The translations under genes and the position numbers were made by a program. From assembly GCA_963555995.3 (NCBI GenBank), contig OY821641.1, positions 928,001 to 992,000 of the forward strand: a DNA stretch of 64,000 nt. Reading direction: 5' to 3'. Position 1 is the first letter of the stretch. Each line of letters starts with the position of its first letter. The stretch comes from Vicinamibacteria bacterium (lineage in GTDB: Bacteria > Acidobacteriota > Vicinamibacteria > Marinacidobacterales > Marinacidobacteraceae). Below the pieces are notes generated by a model, which saw only the letters and a program-made list of their open reading frames with translations, was not told the origin of the DNA and ran no database searches. Below are positions 9,686 to 18,783 of this stretch, piece by piece.

Positions 9686-10768
9686 ATGTCCGACCTTCCC
9701 CCCGCCTCGCCGTTCCGTCTGCTGCGGCGGACCCTGCTCGCCTGGTTCCGGGAGAACCAGCGTCCGCTCCCGTTTCGCGAGTCCCCCGACGCCTGGCGCG
9801 TCTGGGTTTCGGAGGTGATGCTCCAGCAGACGCGGGTGGAAGCCATGTTGCCGCGCTACCGGGAGTTCGTGGCGCGCTTTCCGAGTCCGGCGGCGCTGGC
9901 CGACGCCCCCGAGGACGAGGTGCTGGGGGCCTGGGCGGGCCTCGGCTACTACGGCCGCGCCCGCGCGCTCCACCGGGCGGCGCGGCAACTGGCCGCGGCG
10001 GACCGGGGCATTCCCGAGACCGCCGAGGCGCTCCGGCGGCTCCCCGGGATCGGCGACTACACGGCGGCGGCGATCGCCTCGATCGCCTTCGGCGCACCGG
10101 TCGCTGCGGTGGACGGAAACGTGCGCCGGGTGCTGTCCCGGCTGTTCGCGGTCGAGGGGTTCCGGGGGCGGGCGCCGTTCGAGGGGCGGGTCCGGGAGCT
10201 GGCCGACCGGCTGATGGAAGCGGACGGCGCCCGGGACCCGGGCGACTGGAACCAGGCGGTGATGGAACTCGGCGCCACGGTCTGCACCCCGTCCGCTCCC
10301 CGCTGCGGGAGCTGTCCGGTCCGCGAGTTCTGCTGGGCGCGGATAGCCGGGAGGCAGGAAGAGCTTCCCGAGCGCCCGCCGCGCCCCCGGACCGTGTCCG
10401 TCCGGCTCGCCGCGGCCGTCGTTCGGGACCCGGAGGGGCGGATTCTCCTGTTCCGCCGCCGGGAGAGCCCGATGCGGGGCCTCTACGAGCTTCCCGGCGG
10501 CGAGTGCCGCGAGGGCGAAGCGCCCGAGGCGGCGCTGGTCCGGGAGACCACCGCGCGCTACGGGATCCGGCTGCGTCCCGGCCGTCCGCTGGCCGGATTC
10601 CGGCACACCGTCATGAACCGGAGGATCGCGGTCCTTCCCTACGAGGCCGCGTTCGAGGGGCCGCCACCGACGGCCCCGCCGGGCGCCCGCTTCGTCCACC
10701 CGCGTGACCTCGACCGGATCCCGTCGGGCTCGATGCTGTCGAAGGCCCTGCGCGGCCTCGCCGACTAG
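9686..10768 (+). CDS. mutY: A/G-specific adenine glycosylase
   Basis: SEVMLQQT, GLGYY, LPGIG.YTA, VDGNVRRV, C-x6-CxxC-x5-C Fe-S motif, NUDIX-like tail. Confidence 0.95.
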   Translation: MSDLPPASPFRLLRRTLLAWFRENQRPLPFRESPDAWRVWVSEVMLQQTRVEAMLPRYREFVARFPSPAALADAPEDEVLGAWAGLGYYGRARALHRAARQLAAADRGIPETAEALRRLPGIGDYTAAAIASIAFGAPVAAVDGNVRRVLSRLFAVEGFRGRAPFEGRVRELADRLMEADGARDPGDWNQAVMELGATVCTPSAPRCGSCPVREFCWARIAGRQEELPERPPRPRTVSVRLAAAVVRDPEGRILLFRRRESPMRGLYELPGGECREGEAPEAALVRETTARYGIRLRPGRPLAGFRHTVMNRRIAVLPYEAAFEGPPPTAPPGARFVHPRDLDRIPSGSMLSKALRGLAD

Positions 10769-10787
10769 ACTCCGCGCCCGGCGACCG

Positions 10788-13268
10788 ATGAGCACTTTCC
10801 ACGAACGCGTCGAGACGAAGTGGCAGGAGCGCTGGGAGCGGGAGGGCTCCTTCCGGACGCCGGACCTGCCGGAGGGGCCGCGCTTCTACTGCCTCGAGAT
10901 GCTGCCGTATCCGTCCGGGCGCATTCACATGGGCCACGTGCGGAACTACTCCATCGGCGACGTGGTCGCCCGCTTCTACCGGCGGCGCGGGTTCACCGTG
11001 ATGCATCCCATCGGCTGGGACGCGCTCGGCCTGCCGGCGGAGAACGCGGCGCTCCAGCGCGGGGCGCACCCGGCCGACTGGACCACGCAGAACATCGCCC
11101 ACATGCGGCGGCAGCTCCGCCGGCTCGGGTTCAGCTACGACTGGGACCGCGAGTTCGCCACCTGCGATTCGTCCTACTACCGCTGGAACCAGTGGTTCTT
11201 CGTGAAGATGTGGGAGCGCGGGCTCGCCTACCGGAAGAACGGCGCCGTCAACTGGTGCCCGGGTTGCGAGACCGTGCTCGCCAACGAGCAGGTCGAGGCC
11301 GGGGCGTGCTGGCGCTGCGAGTCGGTGGTCGAGGACCGGGAGCTCCCCCAGTGGTTCCTGCGCATCACCGACTACGCCGACGAACTGCTCGACGCGATGG
11401 AGCGGATGCCCGGCTGGCCCCACAAGGTGCTGGTGCTGCAGCGCAACTGGATCGGGCGCTCGGAAGGCGCGGAGGTCCGCTTCCGGATCCCGGCGCTGGG
11501 CGACCGGGGCGACGTCCCGGTGTTCACCACCCGGGTGGACACCATCTACGGCGCGACCGCGCTGGTGCTCGCCCCCCGCCACGCCGCGGCCCAGGCCATC
11601 GCGGCCCAGAACCCCGAAGTGGCCGACTACGTCCGCGCCGCCGCGCACGCCGGCGAGAGCCACCCGACCGGCGAGACCGGCAAGACCGGGGTGGACACCG
11701 GTTTCCGGGCGCTGAACCCCTTCTCGGGAGAGGAGATTCCGGTCTTCGTCGCCGACTACGTGCTCATGGAGTACGGGACCGGCGCCGTCATGGCGGTCCC
11801 GGCGCACGACGAGCGGGACCACGAGTTCGCGAAGACCTACGGGCTCGAGATCCGGACCGTCGTCATCCCGAACGACCCGGACGGCGCGCCGCCGCCGGCG
11901 GACGGCGCCTTCGTGGACTACGGGACGGTGGTGGATTCCGGCCCGTTCAGCGGCCTGCCGACGGAGGAGGCGAAGACCGCGATGGCGGAGCACGCCCGCG
12001 AGGGCGGCTACGGCGAGCCCCGGATCGCCTGGCGGTTCCGCGACTGGGGAATCTCCCGGCAGCGGTACTGGGGCACGCCGATTCCGATGATCCACTGCGG
12101 GGCATGCGGCGAGGTCCCGGTGCCCGAGGACGACCTCCCGGTCGAGTTGCCGCGGGACGTCGAGATCACGGGCATGGGAGGGTCGGTGCTCTCGAAGGTC
12201 GAGTCCTGGCTGCGGGTGGACTGCCCGCGCTGCGGGGCCGCCGCCCGGCGGGAGACCGACACCATGGACACCTTCGTGGATTCGTCGTGGTACTTCTACC
12301 GCTACCTCGATCCGCGAAACGCCGGGGCGCCCTTCGACCCCGAGAAGGCGCGCGCCTGGTTCCCCATTGACCTCTACATCGGCGGCGTCGAGCACGCCAT
12401 CCTGCACCTCATCTACTGCCGGTTCTGGACCAGGATGATGCGCGACCTCGGGCTCGCCGGCAGCGATGAACCGGTGGTCCGCCAGTTGAGCCAGGGGATG
12501 GTCATCAAGGACGGCGCCAAGATGTCCAAGAGCAAGGGCAACATCGTGGACCCCGACGCCGTGGTCGAGAAGCACGGGGCCGATGCGATCCGCCTCTACG
12601 TCCTCTTCGAGTCGCCGCCGGAAAAGGAGATGGACTGGACCGATGCCCGTCTCTCCGGGCCGGCGCGCTACCTCAGGCGGCTCGAACGCATGATCCCCGG
12701 GGATACGGAATGGCTGGCCTCCACCCCGCTGCCGGCCGGGGACGAGGACTTCGCGCCCGCGGACGTGGCGCTCCGCCGCAAGACCCACCAGACGATTCGG
12801 CGGGTCACCCGCGACCTCGAAGAACGCATCCATCCCAATACCGCGATCGCCGCCATCATGGAACTGACCTCCGCCTTCTCGCGCCGCCTGCCGGAGGCCG
12901 CCGGCGAAGCCTCGCGGCGGGCCGTCCGCGAGGCGGCGGAAACGGTGATCTCGCTCCTGAACCCGATGGCGCCGCATCTCACCGAGGAACTCTGGGAGCG
13001 GCTGGGAGGCGGGACGATGCTGGTGGAGACCCCGTGGCCCGAGTGCGACGAGGACCTCGCCCGCGAGGAGCAGGTGCTCGTGGTGCTGCAGGTGAACGGA
13101 AAACTCCGGGGCCGTCTCGAGGTGCCGGCCGGACTCGAACCCGAGGCGCTCGTCGGCCAGGCGCGGGAGAACGCCGGGGTCCGCCGTCACCTGGCGGGGC
13201 TGGAAGTGCGCCGGGTGGTCACGGTTCCCGACCGGCTCGTGAACTTCGTGGCCGCCCCTCCGGCGTGA
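10788..13268 (+). CDS. leuS: Leucine--tRNA ligase
   Basis: MLPYPSG, HMGH, GTGAVMAVPAHDERD, SRQRYWG, KMSKS. Confidence 0.97.
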   Translation: MSTFHERVETKWQERWEREGSFRTPDLPEGPRFYCLEMLPYPSGRIHMGHVRNYSIGDVVARFYRRRGFTVMHPIGWDALGLPAENAALQRGAHPADWTTQNIAHMRRQLRRLGFSYDWDREFATCDSSYYRWNQWFFVKMWERGLAYRKNGAVNWCPGCETVLANEQVEAGACWRCESVVEDRELPQWFLRITDYADELLDAMERMPGWPHKVLVLQRNWIGRSEGAEVRFRIPALGDRGDVPVFTTRVDTIYGATALVLAPRHAAAQAIAAQNPEVADYVRAAAHAGESHPTGETGKTGVDTGFRALNPFSGEEIPVFVADYVLMEYGTGAVMAVPAHDERDHEFAKTYGLEIRTVVIPNDPDGAPPPADGAFVDYGTVVDSGPFSGLPTEEAKTAMAEHAREGGYGEPRIAWRFRDWGISRQRYWGTPIPMIHCGACGEVPVPEDDLPVELPRDVEITGMGGSVLSKVESWLRVDCPRCGAAARRETDTMDTFVDSSWYFYRYLDPRNAGAPFDPEKARAWFPIDLYIGGVEHAILHLIYCRFWTRMMRDLGLAGSDEPVVRQLSQGMVIKDGAKMSKSKGNIVDPDAVVEKHGADAIRLYVLFESPPEKEMDWTDARLSGPARYLRRLERMIPGDTEWLASTPLPAGDEDFAPADVALRRKTHQTIRRVTRDLEERIHPNTAIAAIMELTSAFSRRLPEAAGEASRRAVREAAETVISLLNPMAPHLTEELWERLGGGTMLVETPWPECDEDLAREEQVLVVLQVNGKLRGRLEVPAGLEPEALVGQARENAGVRRHLAGLEVRRVVTVPDRLVNFVAAPPA

Positions 13269-13840
13269 TTCCCGCCGCCCGCTCCGCCGGCAGGGACGGG
13301 GGCGGGAGCTCCCGCCGGCGGTGGAGCGGGATGCTGCTGTCCGGGGCGTTGTTCCTCGGCGTCCTCGCGGGGTGCGGCTACCGGCTCGCCGGCCTCGGCG
13401 GCGGATTGCCGGGTCACGTCGAGGTCGTGGCCATCCTCCCCTTCGACAACGAGAGCGCCTTCCCCGAGGTCGAGGAGGGGATGACGGAACAGATCATCGA
13501 GGGGTTCAACCGGCGGGGCCGCTACCAGGTGCAGGAGACCGAGGAGGGCGCCCACGCGGTGATGCGCGGCACGGTGCTGAGCGTGGACTTCTCGCCGGCG
13601 CAGCTCGATCCGGCGACGGGAGCGGCCTCCACCTATCTCATCATCGTGCGCGCCACCGTGGAGTTCACCGACGTCGTCAACGACGTGGTGCTCTTCGAGT
13701 CGGACGAGTTCACGCTGCGCGACGAGTTCTCGATCGGCGACGACCCCGATGCCGCCTTCGACCGGGAGGGGCTCGCGTTCTCCCGGATCGCCAGCGCGTT
13801 CGCGGACTCCCTGCTGGTGGCGATCCTCGAGGGGTTCTGA
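13265..13840 (+). CDS. lptE: LPS assembly lipoprotein LptE
   Basis: Lipobox LAGCGY; leuS-lptE-holA synteny; start 13265 or 13331. Confidence 0.8.
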   Translation: MIPAARSAGRDGGGSSRRRWSGMLLSGALFLGVLAGCGYRLAGLGGGLPGHVEVVAILPFDNESAFPEVEEGMTEQIIEGFNRRGRYQVQETEEGAHAVMRGTVLSVDFSPAQLDPATGAASTYLIIVRATVEFTDVVNDVVLFESDEFTLRDEFSIGDDPDAAFDREGLAFSRIASAFADSLLVAILEGF

Positions 13841-14949
13841 TGGCCTTCGCCGAGGCCGGGTTCGGCAAGACCTTCGCCGCGCTCCAGCCCGTTCCGGCGG
13901 AGAAGCTGGCCGACCGGCTGCCGGTCCCCGGGGCGGGCGCCTTCTACGTCGTCGGGGGCGCCGACGGTTGGCTCCGCCAGCAGACCCTGCGAAAGCTGGC
14001 GGACCACCATCTCGGGGAGCCCCCCGCGCCGTTCCGCCTGCGCCGCTTCGACGGCCGGGCCGCCGGCGCGGACCAGGTGGTCAGCGCGACCCGCACGGTC
14101 TCGTTCAGCGGGGCGCCCGTCGTCGTCATCGAGAACGGCCTGCGGATCGCCCAGCCGCCCGCCGCCGTCCCGGCGCTCGCGGGAGTCGTGCTGGAGCTGC
14201 TCGAGCGTCCGCCGGGACGGGCGGTCATCGCGCTCGAATGGGAGCGGAACCCCGACCGGCGGCGGAAGGACTGGAAGGCGCTGGCCTCGGCGCTGGGCGG
14301 CGCCGTCGCCGCCGGAGGGGGGCTGGTGCTCGATTGCGACGCGCCGCCGCCGGCCCGGATGACCCACTGGATCCGCCGCACCGCGCGCGAGCGCGGCCTC
14401 AACCTGCCCGAGCAGGGGGCGGAGCTGCTCTTCGAACGGTTCGGCCGGGAACTGCGCCAGCAGGTGAACGAGATCGAGAAGCTCGCGGTCTATGCCGCCT
14501 GGGACCAGGGCGGGGAGGTCACGCTCGGGGACATGGAGCAGGTGCTCGGCGGCGGCAGCGTGCAGGACCGCTTCCGTTTCACGGATGCGTTGCAGGCGGG
14601 CCGCACCGAGACCGCGCTTTCTTCGCTCGAGTCGCTGCTGCGGGACGGGGAGTCGCCGCAGGCGCTCATGGCTCTCCTCTACCGGCTCGTCACCCAGATC
14701 CAGTTGGCCCAGGCCCACCGCGGGGAGGAACCGCTCGCCGAGGCGCTGCGGGTGCCGCGCCGGGTCGCCGACGACCTCCAGCGCGCGGCACGCCGCTTCC
14801 GTCCCGCGGAACTCCGGGCCATGCTCCGGCAGCTCGCCGAGATGGACCTGCGGATGAAGACCACCCGCGTCCCGGACCGCGCCGCGCTCGCCTCGCTGGC
14901 GCTGCTCCTCGGCCGGGGCTCGTCGGGCGCACGGCAGCGCCCGGGATAG
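13840..14949 (+). CDS. holA: DNA polymerase III subunit delta
   Basis: Synteny after lptE; EIEKL..Y motif, terminal D..MKT; TGATG coupling. Confidence 0.85.
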   Translation: MAFAEAGFGKTFAALQPVPAEKLADRLPVPGAGAFYVVGGADGWLRQQTLRKLADHHLGEPPAPFRLRRFDGRAAGADQVVSATRTVSFSGAPVVVIENGLRIAQPPAAVPALAGVVLELLERPPGRAVIALEWERNPDRRRKDWKALASALGGAVAAGGGLVLDCDAPPPARMTHWIRRTARERGLNLPEQGAELLFERFGRELRQQVNEIEKLAVYAAWDQGGEVTLGDMEQVLGGGSVQDRFRFTDALQAGRTETALSSLESLLRDGESPQALMALLYRLVTQIQLAQAHRGEEPLAEALRVPRRVADDLQRAARRFRPAELRAMLRQLAEMDLRMKTTRVPDRAALASLALLLGRGSSGARQRPG

Positions 14950-15005
14950 GCGCGTCCGGCCGGAACGATGCCGGCAAAACGGGCTCGACCCGTAGAATTC
15001 GCACC

Positions 15006-15497
15006 GTGACCCCGACCGTACTCCGGGCGCCCGGAATCGACCGGCTATCGGCGCATCACCTGCACGCCCTGGCCGTCGCCGCGCTCATTGACCGTTATCT
15101 CAAGGTGGATCCGACGCCCGGGAGGCTGGCGGAAATCGCGGGCAAGGTGGCCGGGTTTGCGGAGAAGGAACTGTTCCCCCACTTCGAGGTGGAGGAGAGC
15201 GCTCTCTTTCCCGCGCTGCGGGCGGTGCTCGACTCCGATCCGTTGATTGACGAGTTGATTGCCCATCACCGGAACATGGAGGGGCTGGTCGGGCGGCTCG
15301 CGGATTCCTCCGCCTGGGAGCGCGCCTCGCTGCTGCGGGAATTCGGGGTATCGCTTCGCCGCCACATCCGCATGGAGGAGGTGGAACTCTTCCGGCAGAT
15401 CGATGGCGGACTCGACGAGGCCGGACGCGAAGAGCTCGGCCGGAAAGTGGACGAGGCCGCCAAGGCGATGGGCCTCACGGTCCACAAGCTCTGGTAG
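15006..15497 (+). CDS. Hemerythrin/HHE cation-binding domain protein
   Basis: Two H-x3-EE-x2-LF repeats (HFEVEESALFP, HIRMEEVELF); TAGAAT 7 nt upstream. Confidence 0.75.
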   Translation: MTPTVLRAPGIDRLSAHHLHALAVAALIDRYLKVDPTPGRLAEIAGKVAGFAEKELFPHFEVEESALFPALRAVLDSDPLIDELIAHHRNMEGLVGRLADSSAWERASLLREFGVSLRRHIRMEEVELFRQIDGGLDEAGREELGRKVDEAAKAMGLTVHKLW

Positions 15498-15525
15498 AGC
15501 CCACTCTCCACCCCCCCCACGACGC

Positions 15526-15586
15526 GCCGGCTTGGAACGCCGGTCTCCAGCCCGGCACCGCGGCGCTCCGCGCCGCGCCCGTCGCA
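15526..15586 (+). repeat. REP-family two-hairpin unit
   Basis: GGAACGCCGGTCTCCAGCCCGGCAC + CGCGGCGC-TCC-GCGCCGCG; near-identical to copy at 39520. Confidence 0.75.
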
Positions 15587-15724
15587 GGGCCGGGAAGCGC
15601 GGACGCCCGGCGTGGATGCTGCGTGGTACCCTCCGGCCCCTGATGCAACTCGACGAATCCGCCAAACCTCCGGAACCCAGCCGGAGAACCGTCCCCGTCG
15701 AGGTGCGCCCTTCCGGTACCCGCC

Positions 15725-17083
15725 ATGGTTCTCACCAAGACCCCGCTGCTCGCGGAGACGGTGCGCAAACTGGTGTCCCGGGGGGCCTTCGCTAACGCGC
15801 ACCGCATCCTCGAGAAGCTGCATCCGGCGGATGTGGCGCAGGTTCTCGCCGACCTGCCGGAGGCCTACCGGCTGAAGACGTTCCGGGTCGTCTTCCAGCG
15901 CGACCTGAATCTCGCCGCGGCGGCGCTCGGCGAGTTCGGGGTCGAGCGCGCCGCCGACCTGATGCCGCGGCTCGAGCCCGCCGAGATCTCCCAGCTCCTC
16001 CAGGAACTCGACCCCGACGACGCCGCCGAGTTCCTGAGCGAACTCCCGGAGGAGCTCCGCGAGCGGGTGCTCCGGGGGATGCGGACGCGCGAGGCCTCCG
16101 ACGTCGAGGATCTCCTCCAGTACCCGGAGGAGACCGCCGGCCGGATCATGAGCCCGAAGGTGTTCTCGGTGCCCGAGGACGCCAGCATCGGCGAGACCAT
16201 CGCCCGCCTCCAGGAATCTCCCGATGTGGAGATGGTGTTCTACATCTACGTGGTGGACGGCCACGGGACCCTGGTGGGGGTGCTCTCGCTGCGCCAGCTC
16301 CTCCAGCGGCGCCCGGAGGCGCTGCTCTCCGAGGTCATGGTGACCGACGTGCTGCGGGTGCGCACCGAGATGGACCAGGAGGAGGTCGCCCAGTTGGTGG
16401 CCAGCTACAACATCCTCGCGGTCCCGGTGGTGAACCAGCAGGGGAAGCTGGTCGGGGTCATCACGGTGGACGACATCATTGATGTCATCAAGGAAGAGGC
16501 CACCGAGGACATGTACCGGATGGCCGGGCTCGGGGTGTCCGAGAGCGTCTTCACCAAGGCGTCCCGTTCCATCCGGATGCGCATCCCCTGGCTCGCCGTC
16601 AACCTCGCGACCGCGTTCCTCGCCGCCTGGGTGGTCAGCCTCTTCGAGGAAGACATCGCCCGCTTCGCGATCCTCGCGGTGTTCATGCCCATGGTGCCGT
16701 TGCTCGGCGGCAACGCCGGCAACCAGACGCTGACCGTGATGGTGCGCGGGATCGCGCTCGGCGAGCTGAGCTGGAAGAACAGCCGCGAGGCGCTCCTCAA
16801 GGAGCTCGCGGTGGGCACCGCCAACGGCCTGATGATCGGCCTCCTCATCGCCGGGGTCTCCTGGGTCTGGAAGGGCGATCCCCGGATCGGGCTGGCGCTC
16901 GCGCTCGCCATGGTCGGCACCATGGTGGTGGCCGCGGTGGTGGGCACGCTGATGCCGCTGACCCTCCGCTGGCTCAAGGTGGACCCCGCGCTCGCGTCCT
17001 CGGTGTTCGTCACCACCGCCACCGACGTCTCCGGGTTCCTGCTGTTCCTGAGCATCGGGGTGACCGCGCTCACGCACCTCTGA
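15725..17083 (+). CDS. mgtE: Magnesium transporter MgtE
   Basis: N-domain, CBS pair, EEATED, GGNAG.Q, DPALAS..FVTT..D motifs. Confidence 0.95.
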   Translation: MVLTKTPLLAETVRKLVSRGAFANAHRILEKLHPADVAQVLADLPEAYRLKTFRVVFQRDLNLAAAALGEFGVERAADLMPRLEPAEISQLLQELDPDDAAEFLSELPEELRERVLRGMRTREASDVEDLLQYPEETAGRIMSPKVFSVPEDASIGETIARLQESPDVEMVFYIYVVDGHGTLVGVLSLRQLLQRRPEALLSEVMVTDVLRVRTEMDQEEVAQLVASYNILAVPVVNQQGKLVGVITVDDIIDVIKEEATEDMYRMAGLGVSESVFTKASRSIRMRIPWLAVNLATAFLAAWVVSLFEEDIARFAILAVFMPMVPLLGGNAGNQTLTVMVRGIALGELSWKNSREALLKELAVGTANGLMIGLLIAGVSWVWKGDPRIGLALALAMVGTMVVAAVVGTLMPLTLRWLKVDPALASSVFVTTATDVSGFLLFLSIGVTALTHL

Positions 17084-17164
17084 GCGGGTCCCCGGCGAGA
17101 CGCGATCCGGCAAATCGGGCAGGATTCCCCGGGGGCTCCGCGCGCCCCCTCCACATTCGTTCCC

Positions 17165-17941
17165 ATGCCGCTCAAACAGTCCCGCGCGTTCGTCCTCCGC
17201 ACCTACGCGGTCGCCGAGGCGGACCGGGTCTGCGTGCTGTTCAGCGGGGACGAGGGGAAGGTCCGGGCGTGGGCGCGCGGGGCCCGGAAGCCCCGGTCGC
17301 GCTACGGCGGCGCCCTCGACATCGGGAACGAGGTGGAGGCGGGCTGGTACGAGCGGGAGGGCAGGGAACTCGTGCATCTCGACCGCTGCGAACTCGTCAC
17401 GTCGGCGCTGCCGCTCGCCCGGGACCCGGTCCGGGCCGCCGCACTGGGCTACCTTTCCCGGCTCGTGGACACCTTCGCCCCCGACCGGGAAGCCGACCCC
17501 AGGCTCTACCGGCTGATCGCCGCCTGCCGGGACGCGCTCCTCGACGAGCGGCCCGCGGAACTCGTGGTGGCCTATTTCGAGGCGTGGCTGCTTCGCTTGT
17601 CCGGGCTCTACCCGCGTCCCGGGCGCTGCGCCTGCGGCGCGGGCTTCGAGCGGGACGGGGCGGTGTTCTTCGCCGCCGGTCCGGTCTATGCCTGCAACCG
17701 CTGCGCTCCCGGGCACGGCGAACCGACCGACCGCCTCTCCGCCGGGGCGCTCGGCCTGCTGGAGACCTTCTGGGTCGCGCCGCCCTCGGCCTCGGTACCG
17801 GAAGCCTCAACCGCGCGGGAGCTCTTCCGGTTCCACGGCCGGCTCACTGCCGGTTTCGCGGAACGGGCGCTGCCGGCCCGCCACGCCCTGGAAGGGCTCC
17901 TCGAACCCCGCGTCGGCCCCGCCGGAGGTCCCGCGCGGTGA
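17165..17941 (+). CDS. recO: DNA repair protein RecO
   Basis: EADR...GK...ARGARK..SR OB fold and CxC..CxxC zinc site; precedes glyQ. Confidence 0.88.
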   Translation: MPLKQSRAFVLRTYAVAEADRVCVLFSGDEGKVRAWARGARKPRSRYGGALDIGNEVEAGWYEREGRELVHLDRCELVTSALPLARDPVRAAALGYLSRLVDTFAPDREADPRLYRLIAACRDALLDERPAELVVAYFEAWLLRLSGLYPRPGRCACGAGFERDGAVFFAAGPVYACNRCAPGHGEPTDRLSAGALGLLETFWVAPPSASVPEASTARELFRFHGRLTAGFAERALPARHALEGLLEPRVGPAGGPAR

Positions 17942-18783
17942 CCTTTCAGGAACTGATCGCGAAGCTGACCGGCTACTGGGCCGACCAGGGCGCCGTCGTG
18001 GTGCAGCCGTACGACATGGAGATGGGTGCCGGGACGATGCACCCGGAGACGTTCTTCCGGGTGCTGGGTCCGGCGCCGTGGAAGGTGGTGTATGTGCAGC
18101 CCTCGCGCCGGCCCGCCGACGGGCGCTACGGCGAGAACCCGAACCGGCTCTACAAGCACCACCAGCTCCAGCTCATCCTGAAGCCGTCCCCGCAGGACAT
18201 TCAGGATCGCTACCTCGAGAGCCTGGCGGCCTGCGGGGTGGACGCCTCCCGGCACGACCTCCGTTTCGAGGAGGACAACTGGGCCGCGCCCACCCTCGGC
18301 GCCTGGGGCGTCGGCTGGCAGGTCGTGCTCGACGGGCTGGAGATCAGCCAGTTCACCTACTTCCAGCAGGCGGGGGGTATCGAACTCGCTCCGATCTCGG
18401 TGGAGATCACCTACGGGCTGGAGCGGCTCGCGATGTACCTGCAGGACGTGGACGACGTGTACGACCTCGCGTGGACCGCCGGGGTGGACTACCGCACGGT
18501 GCGGCTCGCCGACGAGCGGCAGTCCTCGCGCTACGCGTTCGAGGAGGCGCCGATCGAGGAGTTGCGGAGCGGGTTCGAGGAGGCGGTCCGGGAGGGACGC
18601 CGGCTGATCGAGGCGGGACTCGTGATTCCCGGCTACGAGCAGTGCCTGCGTGCGTCCCATCTGTTCAACCTGCTGGACGCGCGGGGCGCGGTCTCGGTGA
18701 GCGACCGTCCGGGACGCATCCTGGCGGTGCGCGGGATCGCGATGGCGGCGGCGAAGCGGCTCCAGCAGGACGGCGACGCATGA
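17938..18783 (+). CDS. glyQ: Glycine--tRNA ligase alpha subunit
   Basis: TFQELI, GAGTMHP, RRPADGRYGENPNRL, QFTYFQQ, EITYGLERL. Confidence 0.97.
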   Translation: MTFQELIAKLTGYWADQGAVVVQPYDMEMGAGTMHPETFFRVLGPAPWKVVYVQPSRRPADGRYGENPNRLYKHHQLQLILKPSPQDIQDRYLESLAACGVDASRHDLRFEEDNWAAPTLGAWGVGWQVVLDGLEISQFTYFQQAGGIELAPISVEITYGLERLAMYLQDVDDVYDLAWTAGVDYRTVRLADERQSSRYAFEEAPIEELRSGFEEAVREGRRLIEAGLVIPGYEQCLRASHLFNLLDARGAVSVSDRPGRILAVRGIAMAAAKRLQQDGDA